This document shows, one piece after another, positions 9,542-17,516 of a stretch of 64,000 nucleotides of DNA; the stretch's first letter is position 1, and every line of letters begins with the position of its first letter. Source of the stretch: Bacteroidales bacterium (lineage in GTDB: Bacteria > Bacteroidota > Bacteroidia > Bacteroidales > NBLH01); assembly GCA_016937695.1 (NCBI GenBank), contig JAFGWC010000048.1:61777-125776 (forward strand). Reading direction: 5' to 3'. The position numbers and the translations under genes were made by a program. Under the pieces are notes generated by a model. The model was not told the DNA's origin. It worked only from the letters and a program-made list of their open reading frames with translations, and made no database searches.

Positions 9542-9777
9542 TTATTAGTAACCTGAGTTTGATATAAGAAAAAGATAAATTAACTAATACTTTTTGAATT
9601 AAAAAAACTTAAAATTACTTGCGTTATGGATAAAGCCGTTGCTAAATTGATTTGCCACTAAACTACTTAATATCAGCAACTTAACAATCTAAGAGGTAAA
9701 AAATTATCTAATCCTAACAAGTAATAATAGCGATATAAATTAAATTAAATTTTAAATCAAACTCAGGTTAGTAATAA
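9542..9777. repeat. 236-bp element bounded by 22-bp terminal inverted repeats (MITE-like or invertible-segment-like)
   Basis: Left arm TTATTAGTAACCTGAGTTTGAT is at 9542-9563. Right arm ATCAAACTCAGGTTAGTAATAA is at 9756-9777. The arms are reverse complements at 21/22 positions and lie 192 bp apart. Confidence 0.6.
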
Positions 9778-9989
9778 ATCAAATAAAATATTACCAACAA
9801 AACATGCTATTTGTATAATGCTAATTAATAAAAAAATTTACCGGTATATCTAATAAAATTATCAAGTGAATTTCTGATAAACTTTTGCCTTTACTGTAGT
9901 TAAAATTTATGATTGTTATATTCAAAAGTTTTAATATCTTTATATCATTAAGAAATAAATTGATATATCAAAGAACAAAAAAACTTTTG

Positions 9990-10682
9990 ATGAATCAGCA
10001 TATAATTAGAACTAACTGCATTGATTGTAACAGAATTTTAGATTGTTTTACACAAGTAATTGACGATTCTGAAGATTTTTTAAATCAGCAAAAAGTTCAA
10101 ATAAATTACAAAAAAGGCGAAACAATTATTAAAGAAGGCACTTCTGTTTCCTCTATTTATTATATTTTAGATGGTTTAGTGAAGTTATATTTAGAAGGCT
10201 CGAATAAAAATATAATGATTAAAGTTTTAAATTCTTCTGATTTTTTAGGATTAACATCTCTTTTCGGCGATAAAACATATAATTTTTCTGCAACAGCATT
10301 ATCTGATACAACAATTTGTTCAATTGAGCTGGATAATATAAGAAACCTGTTCGCTAAAAGCTGTAAATTTGCACATGAATCTGCCAGATGGTATTGTGAA
10401 AATTACAATTTAATGTTTACAAAATGTTATAATTTAGGGCTTAAACAGTTAAATGGAAGGCTTGCAAATACATTAATATACTTAAATGAAGAAAAATTTA
10501 AATCTGATGATATTTATACACATTTAACAAGAAAAGACCTAGCAGAATTATCAGGAACTTCAGTTGAAAGTGTAGTTAGAATTTTATCTGAATTTAATGA
10601 CGAAAAAATAATTAAAATTTCAGGAAAAAAAATTGAAATTACAAATTTGGATTTACTCAAAAAAATATGTAAAAGTGGCTAA
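9990..10682 (+). CDS. Crp/Fnr-family transcriptional regulator with an N-terminal Cys cluster
   Basis: cNMP-binding-like beta-roll (GETIIKEGTSVSSIYYILDGLVKLY) and a C-terminal HTH (RKDLAELSGTSVESVVRILSEF). The N-terminus has CIDCNRILDC. The ATG at 9990 is preferred over the ORF-track start at 9909. Confidence 0.8.
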   Translation: MNQHIIRTNCIDCNRILDCFTQVIDDSEDFLNQQKVQINYKKGETIIKEGTSVSSIYYILDGLVKLYLEGSNKNIMIKVLNSSDFLGLTSLFGDKTYNFSATALSDTTICSIELDNIRNLFAKSCKFAHESARWYCENYNLMFTKCYNLGLKQLNGRLANTLIYLNEEKFKSDDIYTHLTRKDLAELSGTSVESVVRILSEFNDEKIIKISGKKIEITNLDLLKKICKSG

Positions 10683-10762
10683 TTTCAAATAATTTGTTTT
10701 TTAAAATTTTAATTATTCTAAATTATAAAACAACAAAAAGTCTTTGAAATAATAAAATATCT

Positions 10763-11275
10763 TTATTTGCAAAAATCATATTCTTCACAAAATCTGTCGA
10801 AAATAATTTTAAACCAAGCCGTGTAATCATCAGGATTTACTTTTATATCTTCTTCTATTTCATTAATTGTCATGTACTTATAAGAATTTACCTCATCTAA
10901 ATTTATATCAGGCAAATCGTCTGAATTTCCAATAAATACGTGATCTATTTCGTGTTCGCTTAAGTTATTATCAAATGGAGCTTTGTATTTGAATTTAAAC
11001 AGATACTTTAATTCTGATTCCATTCCCATTTCTTCCATTAATCGCCTATTTGCAGCATCTAATGTTTCTTCTCCCGGAAATGGATGACTACAACATGTAT
11101 TTGTCCATAAACCGGCAGAATGATATTTGCCTAATGCACGCTGTTGCATTAATATCTCGTTTTTTGAATTAAAAATAAAAACCGAAAATGCTCTGTGAAG
11201 TAAAGCTTTTTCATGAGCTTCAATTTCCTCCATTTCACCAATAGGCTTGTCATTATCGTCAACTAAAATCACCAT
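10763..11275 (-). CDS. idi: isopentenyl-diphosphate delta-isomerase, type 1 (Nudix)
   Basis: 170 aa. LHRAFSVFIFN...LMQQRA..K.HSAGLWTNTCCSHP and the EE..G Nudix-like box match IDI-1. Confidence 0.85.
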   Translation of the reverse strand: MVILVDDNDKPIGEMEEIEAHEKALLHRAFSVFIFNSKNEILMQQRALGKYHSAGLWTNTCCSHPFPGEETLDAANRRLMEEMGMESELKYLFKFKYKAPFDNNLSEHEIDHVFIGNSDDLPDINLDEVNSYKYMTINEIEEDIKVNPDDYTAWFKIIFDRFCEEYDFCK

Positions 11276-11453
11276 ACACTTTATTTTTTAAGCCGCTAAA
11301 ATAATAAATGAAAGAATAGCTTTCAAATTATTATTTTTTAAAATAAATTTAATTGTTTATATAGTTGTTTTGGAGTTTTATTCTGAAAAGGGCATATGTT
11401 TTCTGCATAAATTGCTTAAAATTAAATCATTATATAACTGTACAATTATATAA

Positions 11454-12050
11454 TTAATTTCTTGCAAATTGAATTAAAGCTGTAAAATCGCCTAAATCGG
11501 CAGCAAAAAGTGCTTTTAAGTAATTTGATCGAGATTTACTTTTTGAACTTAAAATATTACCTCCCCAAGAAAAAATTGGTTTCTCAAATCCTTTTTCAAT
11601 TAAAATATCAGCAATTAATCTTGAGTGTCTTCCATTTCCGTTTGGGAAAGGATGTATATTAACCATTCGGTGTTTAAATCTTATAGCAATTTCATCTTCG
11701 CTAAACACTTTATTCTTTATCCAAAACTGACAATCATCAAATAAGTGTCTTAGTTCTATGCCAATACGGAATTTATCAACACCAATATTTTTGTTTGTTT
11801 TTCTAAACTCGCCTGCCCAACGCCATGTTTGGTCAAACATTTTTTTATGTAATCTTTTTACAAAGGCTTCGCTTAAAATTTCTTCAACAGTAAATTTTTT
11901 CAGCATCGACCATTCAATCGCTTTTTCTATATTTTGTTGCTCAAACTCATCTAACTCGTATCTTGTAGTTATTGTTCTGATGAGGAGCCCTTCTTTCTCT
12001 TCATCGTCAAGAGACGTTTGAGTTTCGGTATATTCAAGTTCTAATCCCAT
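11454..12050 (-). CDS. Fic-family protein ('mobile mystery protein B' type)
   Basis: 198 aa with the Fic motif HPFPNGNGRHSRL. Its start overlaps the upstream HTH gene by 10 nt. Confidence 0.85.
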   Translation of the reverse strand: MGLELEYTETQTSLDDEEKEGLLIRTITTRYELDEFEQQNIEKAIEWSMLKKFTVEEILSEAFVKRLHKKMFDQTWRWAGEFRKTNKNIGVDKFRIGIELRHLFDDCQFWIKNKVFSEDEIAIRFKHRMVNIHPFPNGNGRHSRLIADILIEKGFEKPIFSWGGNILSSKSKSRSNYLKALFAADLGDFTALIQFARN

Positions 12051-12505
12051 AAATATTTTGGCATTTCGCTTTTTATTTTTTCTGCTCTGTCTTGTATTGC
12101 ATGTCTTAATCGCTCAATACTATTTTCCTGATCTTCAAGTTTCATGGTATTTGAGGTTCTGTAAACAATTTGTTCTGCAATTTCATAAGCTCTTTTCTCA
12201 ATCATTGCTTCAAGTGTTTTTTCTTTTGGAATAAAGCCATAAACCAATTTCATGTCAAGTGCATTTCCAACATCTTTTAATGTTTTTAAGGTAATTGAAC
12301 CATTTTTTTCTCTGGTTTCTATTTCCTTAACACTTTGAGCTGTAATGTTTAGTTTATTTCCCAATTGGCGAAGAGTCATTTTTAATGCAGAACGAGTCGA
12401 AAACACCCAGCCTTCAGATGGGATTATCAAATCGTCAATAATTGACAATTTCTGAAATTTTCTATCTAATTGCTCTATTAATAATTTTAACTTTAAATCT
12501 CTCAT
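12041..12505 (-). CDS. XRE-type HTH protein ('mobile mystery protein A' type), probable partner or antitoxin of the Fic protein
   Basis: 154 aa. HTH segment LKMTLRQLGNKLNITAQSVKEIE. Gene order and size fit the A/B pair. Confidence 0.7.
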   Translation of the reverse strand: MRDLKLKLLIEQLDRKFQKLSIIDDLIIPSEGWVFSTRSALKMTLRQLGNKLNITAQSVKEIETREKNGSITLKTLKDVGNALDMKLVYGFIPKEKTLEAMIEKRAYEIAEQIVYRTSNTMKLEDQENSIERLRHAIQDRAEKIKSEMPKYLWD

Positions 12506-12515
12506 AACACTATAA

Positions 12516-12541
12516 CCTTAAAATTTAATACAAATTTAAGG
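12516..12541. promoter_or_regulatory. palindromic operator candidate upstream of the HTH-Fic operon
   Basis: CCTTAAAATTT-aatac-AAATTTAAGG lies 11 nt upstream of the 12505 start. Further CCTTAA/TTAAGG half-sites occur at about 12548 and 12601. Confidence 0.4.
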
Positions 12542-12849
12542 CTAAAACCTTAAATCTCCAAATTATTTTAAAGGTATAAGCTGAAAATATTATTTATTTT
12601 TAAGGTTAAGCTCTTTTAGTTGAATTTTAACTTTAAAAATATTTAATCCTAATCCAAAATTGTTCTACCAAATTTAAGAATTAATTAATAAAAAAACCTA
12701 CATTTTCATTTTTTTTTTTTGTATATGGCAAAACTTTTTTTTATTTGTAACAATTAAATTACTCTAATATAAGATTAATTGATATTTTTATAAAAAACAT
12801 GGAATTAACGTGTAATTATCTAAATATCTATAAAAGTAAAATACTGTAA

Positions 12850-13257
12850 ATGAATATATTAAAAGGTGAAATATTTGCAATTGAAAATTTTGAAGGGATT
12901 TCTTTGGTTGATATAAAAATTGACGATGACCATTTTAGCTCTTTAATTATAGAAACTGAAGCAACTAAGATATATATAAAAATCGGAAATGAAATTTATA
13001 TGCTTTTTAAAGAAACAGAAATTTCATTGAAAAATTTTCATGATAAAATTATTAAGAGAAAGAATAAATTTGTGGCAGAAGTTGTTGCAATTAGCAAAGG
13101 AAGAATTTTAAGCGATATTGAATTAAATTATAAAAACATTTTGTTGAACACTATTGTTTTAACTCGCCACCTTAATGAGCTTAATTTAAAAATTGGCGAC
13201 AAAGCTGTTATGATTTTAAGAACTCAGGAAATATTATTGAGCAAAAGCGAAACATAA
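12850..13257 (+). CDS. TOBE/Mop-like domain protein (two repeats)
   Basis: 135 aa. The pattern NILKGEI..IE..G....V.I ... IG.E.YMLFKETEISL occurs twice, as in molybdate-binding TOBE domains. Confidence 0.55.
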   Translation: MNILKGEIFAIENFEGISLVDIKIDDDHFSSLIIETEATKIYIKIGNEIYMLFKETEISLKNFHDKIIKRKNKFVAEVVAISKGRILSDIELNYKNILLNTIVLTRHLNELNLKIGDKAVMILRTQEILLSKSET

Positions 13258-13280
13258 TATCTAACTAATAATTCAAGGGT

Positions 13281-13664
13281 TTAGTATGCGAATTCTGGTT
13301 TACCATCAATGCAAATTATACTTTCTGGAGCAACAATTATCGAACAATCTGATACAATATTCCATTTTTTATTAAATTCTTCTTGCGCATTAGTATATTC
13401 ATCAACTTTTTGAAGAAATAATATTGTGTCTATTTTAATAGAATAAGCTATAAAACCAGTTGGACCTCCACAAGCTTTTGAGCCAATTGCTGTAAAATTC
13501 CAATCATTATCATTTATACATTGTTCAGTATCTGCCAATATTTGTATTTTTATCAACATTTCATCAAGTATAGCTTGCTCTTGTTCCTGAGTATTTTCAA
13601 TTTCCTTATCACAAGCTATTAAACTTGAAGCTGATACAAGTAAAATCAAGAATAAAACTCTCAT
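13281..13664 (-). CDS. hypothetical lipoprotein
   Basis: 127 aa. Signal peptide with SLIAC lipobox. Confidence 0.55.
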   Translation of the reverse strand: MRVLFLILLVSASSLIACDKEIENTQEQEQAILDEMLIKIQILADTEQCINDNDWNFTAIGSKACGGPTGFIAYSIKIDTILFLQKVDEYTNAQEEFNKKWNIVSDCSIIVAPESIICIDGKPEFAY

Positions 13665-13701
13665 ATTAGTAAATATTTATATTTTAATCTAAAAAAAGAA
13701 T

Positions 13702-13738
13702 AAAAAAAAAGCAGTATTGAATTTCAATCAATTACTGC
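13702..13738 (-). terminator. intrinsic terminator of the 13760..14527 gene
   Basis: On the minus strand, hairpin GCAGTAATTGA/TCAATACTGC (one bulge) is followed by a T9 run. Confidence 0.6.
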
Positions 13739-13759
13739 GATTTAAATTGCTATTCAAAT

Positions 13760-14527
13760 TTATTTTTGTAAAATATAACTGTAATAAATATATTTTCTTT
13801 CAACAAATTGACTATAAGTTTCAGATCCAATTGTTCCTGCAAAATTTAATGCAATACTTTTAATTAAGCCCGGAACTAGTTTATCTACTAATTTTCTTTT
13901 TCTTTTGTCGTCAAGCTCTAAAGCCCTAACAACATTGGGTGTTATCATTTTTTCTTTTATAATTTTTAATCCAGAGCTGTTTAATTGTTCTTTTAATTCA
14001 TCCATTTCGTGGTTGTATCTGAAATCTGTATACAAGAAATAACCATCTTGTTTAAGTATTCTTGAAACTTCAGACAAAAATGATTTCATGTCTGGATATC
14101 TGTGTGATGACTCGACATTTAAGATAATATCTCTTGAATTATCTTCTAAATCAAGATTTTGAGCATCTCCTTGCTGAAAGCTAAGCTCTTTATTTGTATA
14201 ATGTTTATTGGAAAAATCAACAGCTATTTTATCTAAATCTATACCAAATGCAGTTTTAGGACTAAAAGTTTCTGTTACATAAAATAATCCACCACCTCTA
14301 CCGCAACCAATTTCTAAAATATCTTTATCTTTTATGTTAACTTCATTCGCTAAATGATGATATAATTGTATTGAATAACGATTATTTTCATCTTTTTCGT
14401 TTAAATTAACTATTTGATTATCATCCGAATATCCGTAATTCATAAATAACACTTCGGCATTTTTATCTTTTTTATTTACATACCAATACCATGCTCTAAA
14501 CATGTACTCTCGAAGATTAAATTTCAT
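13760..14527 (-). CDS. class I SAM-dependent methyltransferase
   Basis: 255 aa. Contains the ILEIGCGRGGG SAM-binding motif and an N-terminal MNYGY pattern. Confidence 0.8.
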   Translation of the reverse strand: MKFNLREYMFRAWYWYVNKKDKNAEVLFMNYGYSDDNQIVNLNEKDENNRYSIQLYHHLANEVNIKDKDILEIGCGRGGGLFYVTETFSPKTAFGIDLDKIAVDFSNKHYTNKELSFQQGDAQNLDLEDNSRDIILNVESSHRYPDMKSFLSEVSRILKQDGYFLYTDFRYNHEMDELKEQLNSSGLKIIKEKMITPNVVRALELDDKRKRKLVDKLVPGLIKSIALNFAGTIGSETYSQFVERKYIYYSYILQK

Positions 14528-14655
14528 AAGTATTTTTTTAAGTTTCTGTAATTATTTTGGGTTTTTAAAATATTAAAACTGTTAAATAACAAGAGTTGAT
14601 TAAAATCTTCGATTAATAAATATTTTTTTCTTTATTTAACAATCACACATTAAAA

Positions 14656-15480
14656 TTAAAACTCTACAAGTTCACTTTCTTTTAATTTATAAACATGAGC
14701 ACGTAATTTTTGAGCCCATTCAAATTGCGATTTAGATTTATCAAATTTTTTCCAGGAAATAGGCTTTCCTATTGTAACTTTAATAGTTCCGTTTCTTTTC
14801 TGAAACATTTCTTTAGGCAACAAAATTAATTCAATATTAGTTTTAATCCTAAAAAATTTACGGATTCTAAAAATATTTAAAAATAGTTTTGAATTTGTTT
14901 GATGAAAATAAAATGGAACAATATCTCTTTTATGTTGAACTGCTTTTGTTATCATGCTTTTTTGCCAAACGGTATCTTCAACTATTTTTTTATAAGGACG
15001 TGAAACTTCACCGGCAGGGAAATGCGTTATTGGAAAATCAGAAGCGTAAACTTTTTCTAATTCCACAATGTATTCTTTTGGTGATTTGCCATAAGAATTC
15101 ACCGCAGCCACAACTGGATGCATATGAGGAATATACATAAACGAATCGTTTGCAATTGATTTAAATGGCCCAAATTTATCTGAAACAATTTTTGTTAAAA
15201 CTAAGCCATCTATAATCCCAAATGGATGATTTGCAACAAAAAAGCATCTTTTATTTTCAGGTAAATTTTCTAAACCAGTAACATCGGCAGTTATATTAAA
15301 ATCTTGCATAGTGCCATTTATAAAATCTACACCGAACTTGTTTTCCTGAATAGTAAGAACCCTGTTTAATTCATCTTGCATTAGAATTTTTTCAAAAATC
15401 TTCCTTACAAATACCGGTAATTTTTTCAAGAAAGTATAATTACTTTCTCTAAAAATTTTTTCTAAATCAATATATTTCAT
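14656..15480 (-). CDS. lysophospholipid (PlsC-type) acyltransferase family protein
   Basis: 274 aa with the HX4D motif (NHPFGIIDG) and a FPAGEVS block. Confidence 0.65.
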   Translation of the reverse strand: MKYIDLEKIFRESNYTFLKKLPVFVRKIFEKILMQDELNRVLTIQENKFGVDFINGTMQDFNITADVTGLENLPENKRCFFVANHPFGIIDGLVLTKIVSDKFGPFKSIANDSFMYIPHMHPVVAAVNSYGKSPKEYIVELEKVYASDFPITHFPAGEVSRPYKKIVEDTVWQKSMITKAVQHKRDIVPFYFHQTNSKLFLNIFRIRKFFRIKTNIELILLPKEMFQKRNGTIKVTIGKPISWKKFDKSKSQFEWAQKLRAHVYKLKESELVEF

Positions 15481-15684
15481 ATATCTATATTTAAATGATT
15501 TTCATTTATCATTTTGAAATATTTCCTACAGTTTACATATCATCATCATGCAAATTCTTGGTATATATTAGCATGTTAGTTTTATTTAAAAATTCAAAAA
15601 AAAATAATGCGCAATGTACAAAAAACCAATAAGACTTAACCATTAGCAGTAAAATTTATACAGAAAAAATTTATTTTTTTAATT

Positions 15685-15716
15685 TTTGTGAAAGCAAGAA
15701 TATCTTTTTACTTTTG
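15685..15716 (+). promoter_or_regulatory. Bacteroidota-type promoter for tRNA-Arg (-33 TTTG / -7 TAnnTTTG)
   Basis: TTTG is at 15685-15688 and TACTTTTG at 15709-15716 (20-nt spacer). The -7 box ends 15 nt upstream of the tRNA 5' end. Confidence 0.5.
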
Positions 15717-15730
15717 CACAAGTATTTTTT

Positions 15731-15802
15731 GGCCTCATAGTTCAAGGGATAGAATAGAAGTTTCCTAAACTTTAGATACAGGTTCGAGTCCTGTTGAGGC
15801 TA
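15731..15802 (+). tRNA. tRNA-Arg (anticodon CCT)
   Basis: Folded by hand as a cloverleaf. Acceptor stem is GGCCTCA/TGAGGCT (G1-U71). D arm is GTTC/GAAT. Anticodon stem is GAAGT/ACTTT with loop TTCCTAA. T arm is ACAGG-TTCGAGT-CCTGT. Discriminator is A, and no CCA is encoded. Confidence 0.9.
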
Positions 15803-15817
15803 CAAACACTAAACTTT

Positions 15818-15856
15818 GTCGCTGCAAGCACAATGCTTGTGGCGACTTTTTGTTTT
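15818..15856 (+). terminator. intrinsic terminator of tRNA-Arg
   Basis: 12-bp stem GTCGCTGCAAGC / GCTTGTGGCGAC (two G-U pairs) with loop ACAAT, followed by TTTTTGTTTT. Confidence 0.8.
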
Positions 15857-15861
15857 ACAGG
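15819..15861 (+). repeat. direct repeat copy A (overlaps the tRNA terminator)
   Basis: TCGCTGCAAGCACAATGCTTGTGGCGACTTTTTGTTTTACAGG recurs at 19961-20004 with 5 mismatches and 1 indel. Confidence 0.7.
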
Positions 15862-16035
15862 TGCACTGTCCGGCTACTGTTATATTTTGCTATCACTTCA
15901 ACAATATTTTCATTTCACAAATATGTTAAGTCCTTTTTTTGTATTTATTAAAGTTTGAGGCATTTGTTTAACTAAATCACTAATTTTAACAGGTTGATGC
16001 TTTATTATCATCTCTTTAATTTTTTTTGTCTATCA

Positions 16036-16086
16036 TTTAACCCAACTTGAAAATTTTGTTACAAATTTTTCAAGTTGGGTTAAAAT
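16036..16086. repeat. near-perfect ~24-bp-arm palindrome (hairpin/terminator candidate)
   Basis: TTTAACCCAACTTGAAAATTTTGT / ACAAATTTTTCAAGTTGGGTTAAA with one mismatch between arms. It lies downstream of the minus-strand gene 16203..16736. Confidence 0.5.
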
Positions 16087-16202
16087 TAGAATGCTCAGCC
16101 ACGAATATTTTTCGAGCAGTTGTAGCCTTTTCATTCAAAATATATTTAATATAAAATGCTATATGTACTAGTAATCATTTTGTGCATATAAATATATTTG
16201 GA

Positions 16203-16736
16203 TTACTTCGTTTTCTTTTTCTTTGCTTTTCTTTTATTATTGTTTTTGATTTCACCACGGCGCTTTGCTTCATAAGCAAAAAATGCAACAACCATTAATC
16301 CCAGCAAAATCAGTGCTGCCACATCCCAAATCGTAATTACTTTATATTGATTTATGTTTCTCTGTATGTGTATCCTTGGAGCATCAGGCAAGTAGCTTAT
16401 TTCGATACTATCAGTCTCATAGGGCAAGCTGTAATATTCTGAATCTAGGATTTCTTCATGTCTGTAAGTTCTAGAATTTATAGAGTAGTTATATGTGATA
16501 CATTCTTGTGTGGACTCATTAAAGAGGCCATATTTAATACCTGTTTGTTTTTTGAAGAAACGATTTTCGATAGCGGCTTTTATTACAATACCCGATTTTT
16601 TGAGTTGATTGAGTTTGTAAATTTCTTGAGCCAAAAAAACTATCCGCACTAATGAAAATATGGCCAATATAAGAAGAATCATGCTAATTTTTACACTATA
16701 AATTCCTTCTTTACGATTTTTGCTATTCATAGTCAT
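16203..16736 (-). CDS. hypothetical membrane protein (DUF3592-like topology)
   Basis: 177 aa. It has an N-terminal TM, a beta-rich middle (ISYLPDAPRIH), a second TM and a Lys-rich tail. Confidence 0.45.
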   Translation of the reverse strand: MTMNSKNRKEGIYSVKISMILLILAIFSLVRIVFLAQEIYKLNQLKKSGIVIKAAIENRFFKKQTGIKYGLFNESTQECITYNYSINSRTYRHEEILDSEYYSLPYETDSIEISYLPDAPRIHIQRNINQYKVITIWDVAALILLGLMVVAFFAYEAKRRGEIKNNNKRKAKKKKTK

Positions 16737-16995
16737 ATCAATAATTAAATTATTTTCAATATTGCATTTTTAACAACTCCAAGTATATAGGCTGTTGCAG
16801 TTGTTAAAACTCTGTTTATTTTTATTTAGTTTTAAGGTTTATAACTGTTTTTGTCTTTTCCTAAAAGCTTTTTCGTATAAAATCATATATTTATCTGCTT
16901 TTTTTTCATCTGTTTATTTTTTTATTGTTTTTAATTTGTCAGATGTAACATCCACATTTTGAGACATTTGTACGTTGAGCATTTGCTCAGAATAA

Positions 16996-17271
16996 TCATG
17001 CCCTTGTGTGTTTTTTAATAAACATGGATGTTTCATCAATCTTATTAAGCATTTCAATTAGAATATAAATTTCTTCTTTGGCAAAACCGGTACGAGTATA
17101 AAATTTAAATAAATCTTTTAAGAATTCAGTAATCTCTTTTTTAGTAATGGTTTCACTGTTTGGCAGCATTTCCATATTCGGTTATACATATAATTCATAT
17201 ACAGCTTCTGCAGGATCTTTAATTTGTACCATTCCTTCTGGTAAATTATTTTCAAAATCTTCTATATCCAT
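16996..17271 (-). pseudogene. degraded ORF with an in-frame TAA
   Basis: The minus strand reads MDIEDFENNLPEGMVQIKDPAEAVYELYV-TAA-PNMEMLPNSETITKKEITEFLKDLFKFYTRTGFAKEEIYILIEMLNKIDETSMFIKKHTRA. The stop is at 17182-17184. No family was recognised. Confidence 0.35.
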
Positions 17272-17322
17272 TTGTGAAATTTTAAAATTATTTTTTAACG
17301 ATGATTTTTAATAAATGTAAAA

Positions 17323-17359
17323 GTCTTAATCCTTGTTGTAGTGGAATATCTTTTCTGAG
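17323..17359 (-). repeat. orphan CRISPR repeat copy
   Basis: GTCTTAATCCTTGTTGTAGTGGAATATCTTTTCTGAG is identical to the repeat at 18901-18937. The ATPase gene separates it from the array. Confidence 0.8.
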
Positions 17360-17516
17360 ACATAACGTTTAACAATATGAAACGGTTGGGTTTGCGGGCT
17401 GCGTTCCTATCCTCCGTTGGGAAAAGTTGGAGCGAGAACCAATCCTTTAAAAACCACTGATCCCCAACTGTTTTATATTGTGTGTTAACGCCTGGCATTC
17501 CTTCATCTTTTTCCTT

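Noticed and set aside
9690-9760. Possible remnant of a third copy of the 8600/9083 paralog start (AAGAGGTAAAAAATTATC..., AGCGATATAAATT vs AGCGAAATAATTG)
   Set aside because: The similarity is short, the spacing differs by 11 nt, and the sequence is extremely AT-rich. Chance resemblance cannot be excluded.
9859-9880. TTATCA-N10-TGATAA inverted half-sites upstream of the Crp/Fnr gene as a possible operator
   Set aside because: The half-sites are only 6 bp in AT-rich DNA. The spacing and sequence match neither the FNR (TTGAT-N4-ATCAA) nor the CRP consensus.
9909-9989. N-terminal extensions proposed by the ORF track (9909 for Crp/Fnr; likewise 46412..46495, 58485..58583, 33142..33192, 31646, 43881)
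   Set aside because: The extensions are hydrophobic or low-complexity, overlap upstream genes or promoters, and precede a Met that aligns with the expected family N-terminus. Internal ATG starts were preferred.
12709-12720. T12 tract upstream of the TOBE gene as a phase-variable promoter spacer
   Set aside because: It is a single homopolymer in an AT-rich intergenic region. There is no flanking promoter-box evidence or population data.
15860-16035. Search for an integrase remnant next to the tRNA (minus-strand fragment KIKEMIIKHQPVKISDLVKQMPQTLINTKKGLNIFVK*)
   Set aside because: The fragment is short and shows no tyrosine- or serine-recombinase motifs. It cannot be called.
17295-17498. 67-aa ORF on the minus strand between the ATPase gene and the orphan repeat
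   Set aside because: It runs straight through the 37-nt CRISPR repeat and the GC-rich patch. It has no recognisable motif and is most likely a chance ORF.
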